From a virus (lineage: Duplodnaviria > Heunggongvirae > Uroviricota > Caudoviricetes), in the IMG/VR virus record IMGVR_UViG_3300037418_003103: DNA of 64,000 bases, one strand, 5' to 3'. The notes beneath the pieces are model-generated. The model searched no databases, was not told the DNA's origin, and saw only the letters and a list, made by a program, of their open reading frames with translations. The first letter of the stretch is position 1. Each line of letters opens with the position of its first letter. This document shows, piece by piece, positions 48,084 through 57,976 of the stretch. Made by a program: the position numbers and the translations under genes.

Positions 48084-51000
48084 TTGGTGGATTTTGAATT
48101 AAAAGGTTATGGTAATCATCAACATAATTTTTAGAAATAGGTGTTATACCAATTAATGCTGTTTTCTCATCGGCTTTACTTTTAAAATCGCCAAGAATAA
48201 CAGAATATAAGTGTTCTGCGGTTATAAGAGGGGTCTGAACAGCTCTAATTCTTACGCCTGTAAAAAATGTAGACATAAAATTTGGCTTTATGTTATGCCT
48301 AGTGCTGATAATTATATATGCCCCATGAAACATGGGTATGTTATTCAGTTGAAAATACATCATCGGCTGAATCATTGCGTTACCCAACATTTCAATCTCT
48401 GCCTTATAACTTCTAACGGAATAAACATTATAAAGATTCTGACCAGCCTGAGTCGCACTTAGCTGTGTTGCTTGTTTGCTTAAGTCGTCCATTATTTTTA
48501 AATGTTCTGCCGTCTCAGTAAATTCTGACTGGTCTAACTGAACATCCTTGAATATATTTTGATTTTGATGGCCATAATTTACAACAAAAGCAGCTCCAAG
48601 ATCTTTTGAAGATAATTTAGATGTGTTTGATGGATTTATAAAATCATTTGGTACTTTAGATGTAAAGTCAAATCCGTCATTAGGGTGATCATGATCCTCT
48701 CCAAAGTCTAATTTTGCGGATGGTTGTCCGATATACATACAAATAAATGATGGACCAGTATCTGCTATTTTCGAAGCTTCCATATAAGGGTATGGATGAA
48801 AGGCTGTTTTTAACTCCTCAGGACTCTTATAATTAATATATGATGGTAAAGGAATAAAATCCATATTATTGTCGTTGAGCAATTTTGCAAGAACTGTATA
48901 AAAGGACTGATCAGTACTTCCGATTAATAAATCGTTATACAGAAGAGGATTGATAAGTAATTCATCACCAATATCATTAAACGCTCTATTTATAAACTTG
49001 AAGCTATCAATAAGCCTAGGGCTTGCATCGCCACTTTTCACTTTTATTCTCTCGTCGGCATTAAATATAATTGTTTCTTTACTTGTGGAACCAGCAATCC
49101 ATTTATCATATATTGATTTTATATTTTTATAAATATTAAGCTTAATATCATCGTTCTCAGTGGTTCCAAATGTTGCTTTAACAAGTTCTTTGTTATCAAG
49201 ATTAAATGTTTTAAAAGTATCCGTAAATGTTTTAAGATATAAAAGCATGTTATTTTTAGATACTATTATTGGCGAGTATGCTGAATTACTCAATAAACTA
49301 TCTTCATTAATATAAAAACCTACAATGTTGTCAATTTGCTTAGAACCCCAAATATTCCATTGAGTGTTGCAAACCCATTTATAAGATGTATAAAGATTTT
49401 TTATTATTGCTTGGAAATCAGAGGTATCACTTATTTCAAGTGAAACAAGGTTAGAAAAATCACCCGCATTTATATAAAAATTATATGTTCCATAATTATT
49501 TAAATTAATAAATAATTTATTTATTTCACTTGTTTTTATAGAATAATTATTATTTACGGAATAACTATTTTCGGCTATTGTCTTGAACTTATTTACAAAA
49601 TCACTTCCATTTTCATTAGGTTGAATTATCTCTAATTCTTTTTTTATATTACTCCAATCAGCACTGCTCACGAATTTTTTAAAATCATTAATAAATTCTA
49701 GTTTTACTGATTCTGGAATATTATTAAGAATTGTTTCAATTTTAATGTACTTATCTCCTTCGCCGAAAGACATAGGCGCTGTACCATAATTAAAACTGAA
49801 TTGATTACCTTGTAAGGATAAATACTCATTAGTATCAGGTCCTTGATAGTTTTTACTTAACCCAGGTAAAAATGATTCTTCGTTATTAGTAAATTTTATT
49901 GGGTCATTCTTTTTCGTAAATTGTTTTCTCCATAATAAACCACCAATAAAGGCAGGCCACAAGTAAGGTACCTGAATAAATCCAGCCCTATAAGAAAATA
50001 AATTTATTATATCAAATCTATTAAAAATGCCATTTAAATAATTTGTATTACTAAACGTCCATTCTTTAGCATCATCTGTTAATCCATTCCACGGAAAAGT
50101 ATGTAAAAATAAAAAAGCTCTTCCTTCCAAACTTTGTTCATAATAAAATCTTGAGCCAAATAAACTTACAGGTATATATCCAGGCCCAATTGTATTATTC
50201 ATAAAAAATGAAACAAAACTATATACAGACTCTTCAGGATTAATAGCTAGTAACTGATTTCCTACGCCACGTTCGCCATGGACATTTGTTTGTGCTTCAT
50301 ATGTCTTAAGATACACATAACTACCTCCAACAGGCGCAACAATTACTGATGTCTCGTTTCCTATTTTTGGTACTACATTTTTTTTATTTCTTTTTAAAAC
50401 AAAACCATCAATAAAATTATTTCCATCTTTATAAAACATATAAAATAATGGTAGTTTACCAAAATTATTAAAACTTCCGCTCCAAACAACCTTACTAAAT
50501 TCCTGTATGTTATATGACCCGCCTAAAGCATTGAAACCTACTTTTTTAAAATCCTCATCAGAGTAATCTTCCAAATTCTTACTAATTTCGCTATAAATTA
50601 TTGGGGCAGCAGCTGATCCGTTCTCATTTTTATAGCTTTCCTTTTCAATAATTTTTAAGTACACCGCTCCGTCATCTGGCTTAGGGTGATTTGAGGCATT
50701 GAAATTAGAAAGCATTAAATTTCCTTTAATGACTGGCATTTTTTCCTCAAATCCTTTATTTATTAAAATAAATTTATGCGGATTATTAGAATTATTAACA
50801 TCTATATATTCTAAATAATCTCCTTTATCATTTAATATACTTTCTCCATTTATTTGTGCTGTTATAAAATTTTCAGGCGTCTTTATTCTTAACCCTCTTA
50901 AATTGTTATTATTAATACTATTAAGAGTATTATAAATATCGTTAGCTTCTGCCTCTGCATACGCACGTATTTCATCTCTAGTTAGTTTTCTATTTGAAAG

Positions 51001-52779
51001 AGATAAAAATGTAACAGCTCTAATAATAACTTCATTTACAATATTATTTGGCGTTGGGTTGGCAAGACGTTTATATGGGACTTCTAAGTTTGCATCAAGT
51101 AATTTTGTATCCAATGGATTGCACGGAAACCACGTGTCACCTCTCTCGCTTAACTGATTTAAAGTATCTTGTTCAACACCAGCTGTTTTAATCATTGCCT
51201 CGTACAAGTCTTCTACAAACTGTACCTCAGGCACTTGAGTCGGATCGCTTAAAACTCCCGCCGCGCCCAAATATTTTTCTACATCATTTTCGCTATACTC
51301 TGGCCAGGGATATATAACCGTGTCTGTCTTTACGTCTATTTTATTTGAACCACCATTGCTTTGAACAAACTTACGTAATTGTTCTCTTCTGGATGGGTCA
51401 TTATACTTAGCTGACACATCCCATATTGCACCTAAAAAAGCCTCAATATGAGCACAAAATAACTTTACCAAAAATCTTATTGTTGAGCTTATATGAAGTT
51501 CATTTTCCAATTTTTCTTTTAATTGAATCGCTACTACATCAGTTGTATCATTTTTATATGCAGTTACGTCGGAAGTTTTTTGATTAAGAATCAGAATAGC
51601 GGGATTTATATTAAAAACGTATATCATTCCATCATAAGCAATGCCCTCGCTTTTAATGGCTCTAATAATAGAAGCATCTGATAAGTCTTTTTCCATGGTG
51701 CTCAAACTAGTCTTTATTAAGAAGTTTGTGAACTTAGTCAAATTATCTCCCTTGATCACAAGAGTATCCTTACCAGATACCAATGAATTATATTCATTTA
51801 TAGCATTATTTATGCTTAACGAATAATCTGTTAGCATTTTTTGGGGTATATCAGATGCTTTTGCAACAATTACGCCTTTTATAGTATTATTTTGTAGAAG
51901 ATTTTTATCAAATGAGTCAATAAAATTATTAAGAACGATAGAAATGTTAGGTATATTTTTGGTTAAAATATTATCTATGGCACCAAGTTCCACAGCAGCT
52001 GGATTGTTATTACCTATACCATCAATAATTTTCTTAATACCGACTGATTTCTGTAACAATTCGTTAAGAGTCATCATTTCTGGATCAATAGCTTTTAAAG
52101 AATTTATGTAATCTTTACCAGCTTTCAATTCGCTCATCGCCTTTAAATAACCCACAAGCATATCACTTAGAATAGCATACGTATAGCCAACAAAATTGGC
52201 CGCTAATTCAAAATTACCAGTTTCAGAATTAAATTTTGAATTAATCTTCGTAAGATGGAGCATATATGTTACTGGTCTTCCGTAATAGCCCTTTATTTTA
52301 AGATTGAAGATTGGATACGGTAGCTTAAAAAAAACGCCAAATTTTCCCTTGGCACCATTTTGAAAAATAGAGCCTCCTTTCAGATCCACAAAATTTATAT
52401 TAATCATGGGAGCATATGAAGAACTAAAATTAATATCAATAGAGGTTATTCCTAAACCTTCTTCTATTTCATCAATATCTCCATTTAACTGAGTATAGCT
52501 AGTTGATAGATAGTTTCCGCCATTAATACTACTTCCAGAAATGAAACTTATAACACTATTAGTTCCCTCATTTGACAAACGATTGCCATCAGCATCTGTA
52601 ATTAATATACTTCTAGCCTTGCTCTTAGTTGTTAATTCAACAAGAATAGATAAATCTTCGGGAGATGGAGTAATATTATAACTCGGTGAGCCATAAGGTA
52701 CATTGGACTGGCCATGTAAATCATTTGGATCAACTAAAATAACTCTACTTGCATCACTACTTTTTTGCTTATCATCCAT
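48064..52779 (-). CDS. Large baseplate hub/tail protein
   Basis: 1571 aa; GITSIDINF..P.ININFVD at the N-terminus; RSYKAEIEMLGNAMIQPMMYFQL..FHGAYIIISTRH (gpD/gp27-like hub end) at the C-terminus. Confidence 0.65.
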   Translation of the reverse strand: MDDKQKSSDASRVILVDPNDLHGQSNVPYGSPSYNITPSPEDLSILVELTTKSKARSILITDADGNRLSNEGTNSVISFISGSSINGGNYLSTSYTQLNGDIDEIEEGLGITSIDINFSSSYAPMININFVDLKGGSIFQNGAKGKFGVFFKLPYPIFNLKIKGYYGRPVTYMLHLTKINSKFNSETGNFELAANFVGYTYAILSDMLVGYLKAMSELKAGKDYINSLKAIDPEMMTLNELLQKSVGIKKIIDGIGNNNPAAVELGAIDNILTKNIPNISIVLNNFIDSFDKNLLQNNTIKGVIVAKASDIPQKMLTDYSLSINNAINEYNSLVSGKDTLVIKGDNLTKFTNFLIKTSLSTMEKDLSDASIIRAIKSEGIAYDGMIYVFNINPAILILNQKTSDVTAYKNDTTDVVAIQLKEKLENELHISSTIRFLVKLFCAHIEAFLGAIWDVSAKYNDPSRREQLRKFVQSNGGSNKIDVKTDTVIYPWPEYSENDVEKYLGAAGVLSDPTQVPEVQFVEDLYEAMIKTAGVEQDTLNQLSERGDTWFPCNPLDTKLLDANLEVPYKRLANPTPNNIVNEVIIRAVTFLSLSNRKLTRDEIRAYAEAEANDIYNTLNSINNNNLRGLRIKTPENFITAQINGESILNDKGDYLEYIDVNNSNNPHKFILINKGFEEKMPVIKGNLMLSNFNASNHPKPDDGAVYLKIIEKESYKNENGSAAAPIIYSEISKNLEDYSDEDFKKVGFNALGGSYNIQEFSKVVWSGSFNNFGKLPLFYMFYKDGNNFIDGFVLKRNKKNVVPKIGNETSVIVAPVGGSYVYLKTYEAQTNVHGERGVGNQLLAINPEESVYSFVSFFMNNTIGPGYIPVSLFGSRFYYEQSLEGRAFLFLHTFPWNGLTDDAKEWTFSNTNYLNGIFNRFDIINLFSYRAGFIQVPYLWPAFIGGLLWRKQFTKKNDPIKFTNNEESFLPGLSKNYQGPDTNEYLSLQGNQFSFNYGTAPMSFGEGDKYIKIETILNNIPESVKLEFINDFKKFVSSADWSNIKKELEIIQPNENGSDFVNKFKTIAENSYSVNNNYSIKTSEINKLFINLNNYGTYNFYINAGDFSNLVSLEISDTSDFQAIIKNLYTSYKWVCNTQWNIWGSKQIDNIVGFYINEDSLLSNSAYSPIIVSKNNMLLYLKTFTDTFKTFNLDNKELVKATFGTTENDDIKLNIYKNIKSIYDKWIAGSTSKETIIFNADERIKVKSGDASPRLIDSFKFINRAFNDIGDELLINPLLYNDLLIGSTDQSFYTVLAKLLNDNNMDFIPLPSYINYKSPEELKTAFHPYPYMEASKIADTGPSFICMYIGQPSAKLDFGEDHDHPNDGFDFTSKVPNDFINPSNTSKLSSKDLGAAFVVNYGHQNQNIFKDVQLDQSEFTETAEHLKIMDDLSKQATQLSATQAGQNLYNVYSVRSYKAEIEMLGNAMIQPMMYFQLNNIPMFHGAYIIISTRHNIKPNFMSTFFTGVRIRAVQTPLITAEHLYSVILGDFKSKADEKTALIGITPISKNYVDDYHNLLIQNPPNAQLFN

Positions 52780-53089
52780 ATAATTCTTTATGCTTATTTA
52801 ATGCAGTGATATATCTATCAATAGCTGTTTCAAACGGATATGGTATTCTTATAATTTCTGAATCAGGTATTAAAAATTCCAAGCCGCCAAATTCTGGATT
52901 TGCTAGCATAATTAACCACCCACAATAAGGTGTATTATAATACTTGTTACTCAATATGTCAAGCCTTGTTTTACCTTGACGGTAAATAACTGATTTATCA
53001 CTTGTGTCGACACTTATTGGAATTCCAACAACTGGTTTCATGCTACCGTTTGTTCTAAAACTATCATATCTATCGTAGTATTGTGCCAT
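52772..53089 (-). CDS. LysM-like baseplate wedge protein (gp53/tail X-like)
   Basis: TRLDILSNKYYNTPYCGWLIMLANP..IIRIP. Confidence 0.75.
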   Translation of the reverse strand: MAQYYDRYDSFRTNGSMKPVVGIPISVDTSDKSVIYRQGKTRLDILSNKYYNTPYCGWLIMLANPEFGGLEFLIPDSEIIRIPYPFETAIDRYITALNKHKELYG

Positions 53090-53099
53090 TTTTTATAAA

Positions 53100-56000
53100 T
53101 TAAGCTTGTGTAAAGGTTTTGCTCAGTTGTCTACCATCAAATTTAACTTGTAGTGTGTAGGCCTGTCCTGAAACCAATTTATCATTAAACCCTAAAAAAG
53201 TAAATGCCTGAAATAACTCAGACGGATTTAAATTACCTACCCCTATTTGCGTTGGGGTATTATTCATTGAATCTAATAAAAACACCTTGAAATCATAGCC
53301 ATTAGTATTAGTTAAACCCGCATTAGTGGTCACATTAAGAGTTACAGAAATAGCATCACTATCCGTACTAAAATTATAAAAAACAACACTATCTAAATCA
53401 TTAGAACTAACGCTAGTTGTGTTGGTGTTCACATTATTCGCAGTAGTATTAGTGTTAGAAGAATTAATCTCAGACTTTTCAGATTGTGTTGCTGATGCAT
53501 CAGGACTTATTACAGCCACATCCTTATCAGTTTTCATATTTATGTCATTACTCAAAACAGAATTTTCTACATAATCGGCTCTGATATCATAAACTTGTGA
53601 ATTAGCATAGTAATTAAATGATAGCGCGTTCTGTAATTTATTTATAGGGCCTTCGAGTGTAGAGCCACCTATAAATTTAAAAGACATATTCACATTGGCA
53701 ATCATGGGCTGCACACCAACGCCCTCTGGGTTCAGATCCCAAACAAGTGGTTCATAATCAAAATTAATATTATCAATAATAACCTTTATGTTATAAAAGT
53801 CGCCAATTCTAAGTATACAAACTGGTGGTCTTCCAAATGATAAATTATCTACGCCACCCGTTTTAAAGGTTGGCCCCTGTCTTGTACACTGATTAAGAAA
53901 TGTTAATCTAGAGTTTAACCCTTCTGGCGTTGTAGAGTGAAAAGCTGGATGGAAATACTTTATCTTACTTCTAATTTCATCAAAAACAAATGGATCATCG
54001 CCCACCAGTTTCTCAAAAAAGTTTGCTTCATTATAAAATTTCCTTTTTAAATCTTGATTCACCTTTCTATTTGACTTAGACTTTGCAGCATTATTTTCTT
54101 TAGCTTCTGCATCTGTTTTCATATCAGGAACATACTGAAAAGAAACATCTACCCTTCGATCTTTCTTAGCGCCGATAACGCTAAAAGTACCGCTTCCAGT
54201 TAATGGATAATCGCTGGTTGCTTTGGTGTCACCAAGACCAATAACTTGAGTCTTTTTCCTTTGCTCTGCATATGCATCATTTGCATCAAGCATATTAGAT
54301 TTGAACCAGGAATAAAAATTATTAGCTCTATCAGTGGCTAATTTATTATTAGCATCAGTCCATCCTTGTTTGCTTGCATATCCTTTAATTGTAACTTGAC
54401 AATGAGGACATTTTTCTTTTAAGTAAGTTTTCATGGCTGTTATGTATGTAGAATCTAAAAATCCATCATATTCAACGCCGTCAAGAGTTATTGGTTTTGC
54501 ATTAAGGCCATAATCTGTTACATCTGTTAATGTTCTACTTGAATATGTCACGCCGTTGTGGGTCTGCGGCTCTGTTTGATACTGACCAAAAGGGATACCA
54601 TCTCCGTCCTCATAACCCTCATAACCCTCTATATGAGTGATATCATTCAAAAAATATACACTAAATCCATCTGGTGGTATTTCCGCCTTATCAACTTTTT
54701 TTATTGGTTGAATGAAGTTATTTTGCTCTATTTTATTCTTCTCATCGTTTGTCATTTTGTCGAGCCATCTAGAGCTTATGGTCGTACATCCAGCAAAATA
54801 AGAGTCAATCTCGTCATCAGTTGGTCCATTTCCACCTTGGAAGCCATTAACCTGACTTGGATGATCCACGATAATCTTAAAAGTTAATGTTCCAGTCCTT
54901 TCTGAATTATTGTGCGTATAAACTGGTTCACCCCTTCCAATAAAATTAGTTGTTTCCCAATTAGCCGTTGCATTCTCGGTAAATGAAATATCATAGGGTG
55001 GAAACCACATTATTCTTCCAAATATACTGGGGTTTGTTGGATCACCTGGTCCTTGTTCACACAAGGGTAAGTTATTAGCTGGTGTACCAGCCCAAGCAAG
55101 GTTTTCAATAGAGAGCATGTATTTTTTAATATTTGTCCCTCTTTTATTTTTATTATCTAAATCTTTATTATCATTATCGCTCTTATACGGGCCTATCTTT
55201 ACAAAGCCGTTGTCATCCAATACACTACTACTTGTATTATGAGGCCTCCAATGATTTACATCCATTGAATTAATGCCGTTTAAACCACTATGCCTGATTA
55301 GATTGTTAACACTATCATACCGATCATACGTTGTCCAGCTTCTACAAAAAATATCCTCAGGATTTTGATTACCTGAAGTGTTTGTTAATGCATCCTTGGT
55401 TCTAACGTTACTACCTCTAGACACAGCTCCATTCACTACAGCCGTATTTATTTGAGAAGGTTTAACATTAGTATCTCCCTTAACAGATAACACAGTTTTC
55501 ATTGCTTTATCATTAAAAAGAGCTTGAGTTTTAGCTAGAAGGCTCTTTTTTGGAGCATCTGTTAAAGGTCTTCCTAAGGTAGTTGCATTTACTTGCTTTT
55601 GTCTTCCGTTTATATCAACTACTCCTGGCTTTGAGACCCAACTAAAGGTTGGTTCAGATATACTACGAGAAGAATAATCATCTCCTAAATCGCCAAAAGA
55701 ATTATCATATAAGGTTGGAATCGTACCTCCAGATAATGAAAATGAAACAAAACCCTTACCATCATCATAAGCATATATTGAAGCACTACCACTTATTATC
55801 GACTTGTTATTTAATTGATACGCAGGACAATAACCGCTCCTGAACACACTAGTGTCTGGCGAATCATTTTTACTAGTACCGTTTAAATTAGCTGACATTT
55901 GTAGCCCAAGAGCAGCAACTTGGCCCTTACCTGTATTTGTAAGCATGTTGTTAGCTCTCTGAACATTTCCAATTCCACCGTTCTCTGTAAAAAAAATTGA

Positions 56001-56969
56001 ACCACCACTACTCAATTTACTTACAGGTAATTGAAATCCAAGAATATCTTCTCCTATGTTTGCAATTTTTCCTAATGTATCACTACTATCATTTACTGTA
56101 ATACTATAATTTGGTCTAATACCAGAAAGTTTTCCATCCTTTATAATGCTTAAAATATTATCTTGTAAATCTAATGCACCAAGACCTTTTTGTTCGGCAT
56201 TAAATATTGAATTGTTTGTCATAGCGTTTGCAAGGGCCTTGGCGCCTATAACACCTATTGGCGTATCCTTCATTAAACCAACTGAAGTTAAAACTCTTCC
56301 TGCAATTGAAGATCTAAGATCAAAATTGCTGATTATTTGACCGCTATTAGTATTAAACCCTACCCCCTGGCCATTAATTAAACTACCAATGACATCTGTA
56401 GCTTGTTCAAGGCTGTCATTATCGATATTTAAATTGCCATTATTGTTTAAATAACCATCAATGTGTCTATTAGAATACAGTTGATTACCTTGTATAATAC
56501 TAGATGAATCTATTTGGGATTCGGTATCCAAATATAAGTTATTAGAGGTTATTTGCTTACGAAACCCCTGGTCTTGTGTTTTACTTAACAGTCCTGACTT
56601 ATCTATTGTTTCTATATAAGGTTTATCGCTTACATGCGTAGATGAAGTATTATCAATACTAATTAGTTGATTAGCTGTTGCAGATTGATCCTTGAATGTA
56701 TTGAATCTAACAGATGATTCCACATTATCAAGACTAGTATCGGTTACACTTTTTTGTTCAATGATGGTATTGTTACCTGTAGATGTGTCAAGGAACGGTT
56801 CTCCACCTCTTGGCGCACCATTAATTGAGGTTAGTAGTTGAGGGTATTTGGTTGGATTCTGTATATTTCTATGCAATAGAAAGTCCCGTACATTATAAGT
56901 TTTGTTAATACTATTAATAGTATTTTTACTTTCAGGTGTTGGCGCAGAAGTATTATACGAAACGGGCAT
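53100..56969 (-). CDS. Large tail/baseplate protein with tube-initiator-like segments and an inserted OmpA-like domain
   Basis: FPPYDISFTEN..W....FIGRGEPVY..N.ERTG.L.F; IKGYAS..NNKLATDRA...DRRVDV; PPVCILRIGDFY..QPMIANVNMSFKFIG. Confidence 0.65.
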   Translation of the reverse strand: MPVSYNTSAPTPESKNTINSINKTYNVRDFLLHRNIQNPTKYPQLLTSINGAPRGGEPFLDTSTGNNTIIEQKSVTDTSLDNVESSVRFNTFKDQSATANQLISIDNTSSTHVSDKPYIETIDKSGLLSKTQDQGFRKQITSNNLYLDTESQIDSSSIIQGNQLYSNRHIDGYLNNNGNLNIDNDSLEQATDVIGSLINGQGVGFNTNSGQIISNFDLRSSIAGRVLTSVGLMKDTPIGVIGAKALANAMTNNSIFNAEQKGLGALDLQDNILSIIKDGKLSGIRPNYSITVNDSSDTLGKIANIGEDILGFQLPVSKLSSGGSIFFTENGGIGNVQRANNMLTNTGKGQVAALGLQMSANLNGTSKNDSPDTSVFRSGYCPAYQLNNKSIISGSASIYAYDDGKGFVSFSLSGGTIPTLYDNSFGDLGDDYSSRSISEPTFSWVSKPGVVDINGRQKQVNATTLGRPLTDAPKKSLLAKTQALFNDKAMKTVLSVKGDTNVKPSQINTAVVNGAVSRGSNVRTKDALTNTSGNQNPEDIFCRSWTTYDRYDSVNNLIRHSGLNGINSMDVNHWRPHNTSSSVLDDNGFVKIGPYKSDNDNKDLDNKNKRGTNIKKYMLSIENLAWAGTPANNLPLCEQGPGDPTNPSIFGRIMWFPPYDISFTENATANWETTNFIGRGEPVYTHNNSERTGTLTFKIIVDHPSQVNGFQGGNGPTDDEIDSYFAGCTTISSRWLDKMTNDEKNKIEQNNFIQPIKKVDKAEIPPDGFSVYFLNDITHIEGYEGYEDGDGIPFGQYQTEPQTHNGVTYSSRTLTDVTDYGLNAKPITLDGVEYDGFLDSTYITAMKTYLKEKCPHCQVTIKGYASKQGWTDANNKLATDRANNFYSWFKSNMLDANDAYAEQRKKTQVIGLGDTKATSDYPLTGSGTFSVIGAKKDRRVDVSFQYVPDMKTDAEAKENNAAKSKSNRKVNQDLKRKFYNEANFFEKLVGDDPFVFDEIRSKIKYFHPAFHSTTPEGLNSRLTFLNQCTRQGPTFKTGGVDNLSFGRPPVCILRIGDFYNIKVIIDNINFDYEPLVWDLNPEGVGVQPMIANVNMSFKFIGGSTLEGPINKLQNALSFNYYANSQVYDIRADYVENSVLSNDINMKTDKDVAVISPDASATQSEKSEINSSNTNTTANNVNTNTTSVSSNDLDSVVFYNFSTDSDAISVTLNVTTNAGLTNTNGYDFKVFLLDSMNNTPTQIGVGNLNPSELFQAFTFLGFNDKLVSGQAYTLQVKFDGRQLSKTFTQA

Positions 56970-57015
56970 GCTTTATTTTATTAATAAATAGCTTAGAAAA
57001 GATTTATTAATAAAA

Positions 57016-57717
57016 CTAATTATAGAGTTTAAAAGTCTCCATCAATTCAGCTACCAGATCAGAATTATCAATTCCATATTTTTTTAGGATACCGTTTAAT
57101 TTTAATTTATTATTATAATCTTCAACAGATTTCGGCGCAAGAGATTTAAATAAACTTGAATGACTATTAAAAACTTTTTTATATCTTTCTTGTATTTTAT
57201 TCCATAATTCAAGTCTTTCGTATTGAGTTGATAATTTCAATAATTCGAAGAAAATATGATTATCCTTATGAAAATTATAAATCATTCCTGACTCAGCAAT
57301 TTGAATTCCGAATGATAGTATCCTAATAGAATGATAAACACTCTTGATCCCAGCCATCAAATCATAATCACCAGTAACTATTAATTTCTTTTTTCCTTTG
57401 ACAAACGAATTTGAGGCTATTGTTGAGATTGAGGTTCGTAATTTTCTCTTATCCAATACAAATTTAAAGTCATGAGTTTTCTTTAGTATAAATTCTTCTG
57501 GTGAAAAGAAGCATTCTAGCATTTGAATATCACATTCATTAAGTAATGACTGAAAGGATTCAATAGTAAATATATGTGTATTAATATCTTTTGATTCAAA
57601 ATATTTTTTAGCAACAATAATGTAATCCCTATCAGAATTGGCGTGGTTTGATCCATACACAAAAGATCCAAATTGATACACATTTAAAATGTTACTATCA
57701 TTCAAAAATTCTTCCAT
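57016..57717 (-). CDS. Pol-beta-superfamily nucleotidyltransferase
   Basis: YQFGSFVYGSNHANSDRDYIIV (GS...DxD); preceded by a TATCTTTG -7 element (57734-57741). Confidence 0.8.
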   Translation of the reverse strand: MEEFLNDSNILNVYQFGSFVYGSNHANSDRDYIIVAKKYFESKDINTHIFTIESFQSLLNECDIQMLECFFSPEEFILKKTHDFKFVLDKRKLRTSISTIASNSFVKGKKKLIVTGDYDLMAGIKSVYHSIRILSFGIQIAESGMIYNFHKDNHIFFELLKLSTQYERLELWNKIQERYKKVFNSHSSLFKSLAPKSVEDYNNKLKLNGILKKYGIDNSDLVAELMETFKLYN

Positions 57718-57776
57718 GAAAACTTTTTAAGTGCAAAGATAGTGTTTTTAAACAAAAAAAGACACAGTTAGTGCCT

Positions 57777-57925
57777 TATATTATATTAATAATATTATAA
57801 TATTTATAATACTAGTTATTATTAATAATATTATTTATATTATTAGTTATTATTTATTAATAATATTTTATTTAAAACTATAATTAATTTATATTACTAG
57901 TTATATTATATATATAAAAATACTA
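57777..57925. other. Almost pure A/T low-complexity intergenic tract (candidate origin/unwinding element)
   Basis: About 150 nt with only a handful of G/C; repeated TTATTAATAATATT and ACTAGTTAT units. Confidence 0.45.
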
Positions 57926-57976
57926 AAAATTTCTGACATTAACCAACTTTTTTATAAAAATTTTTATTTTTTTTTT

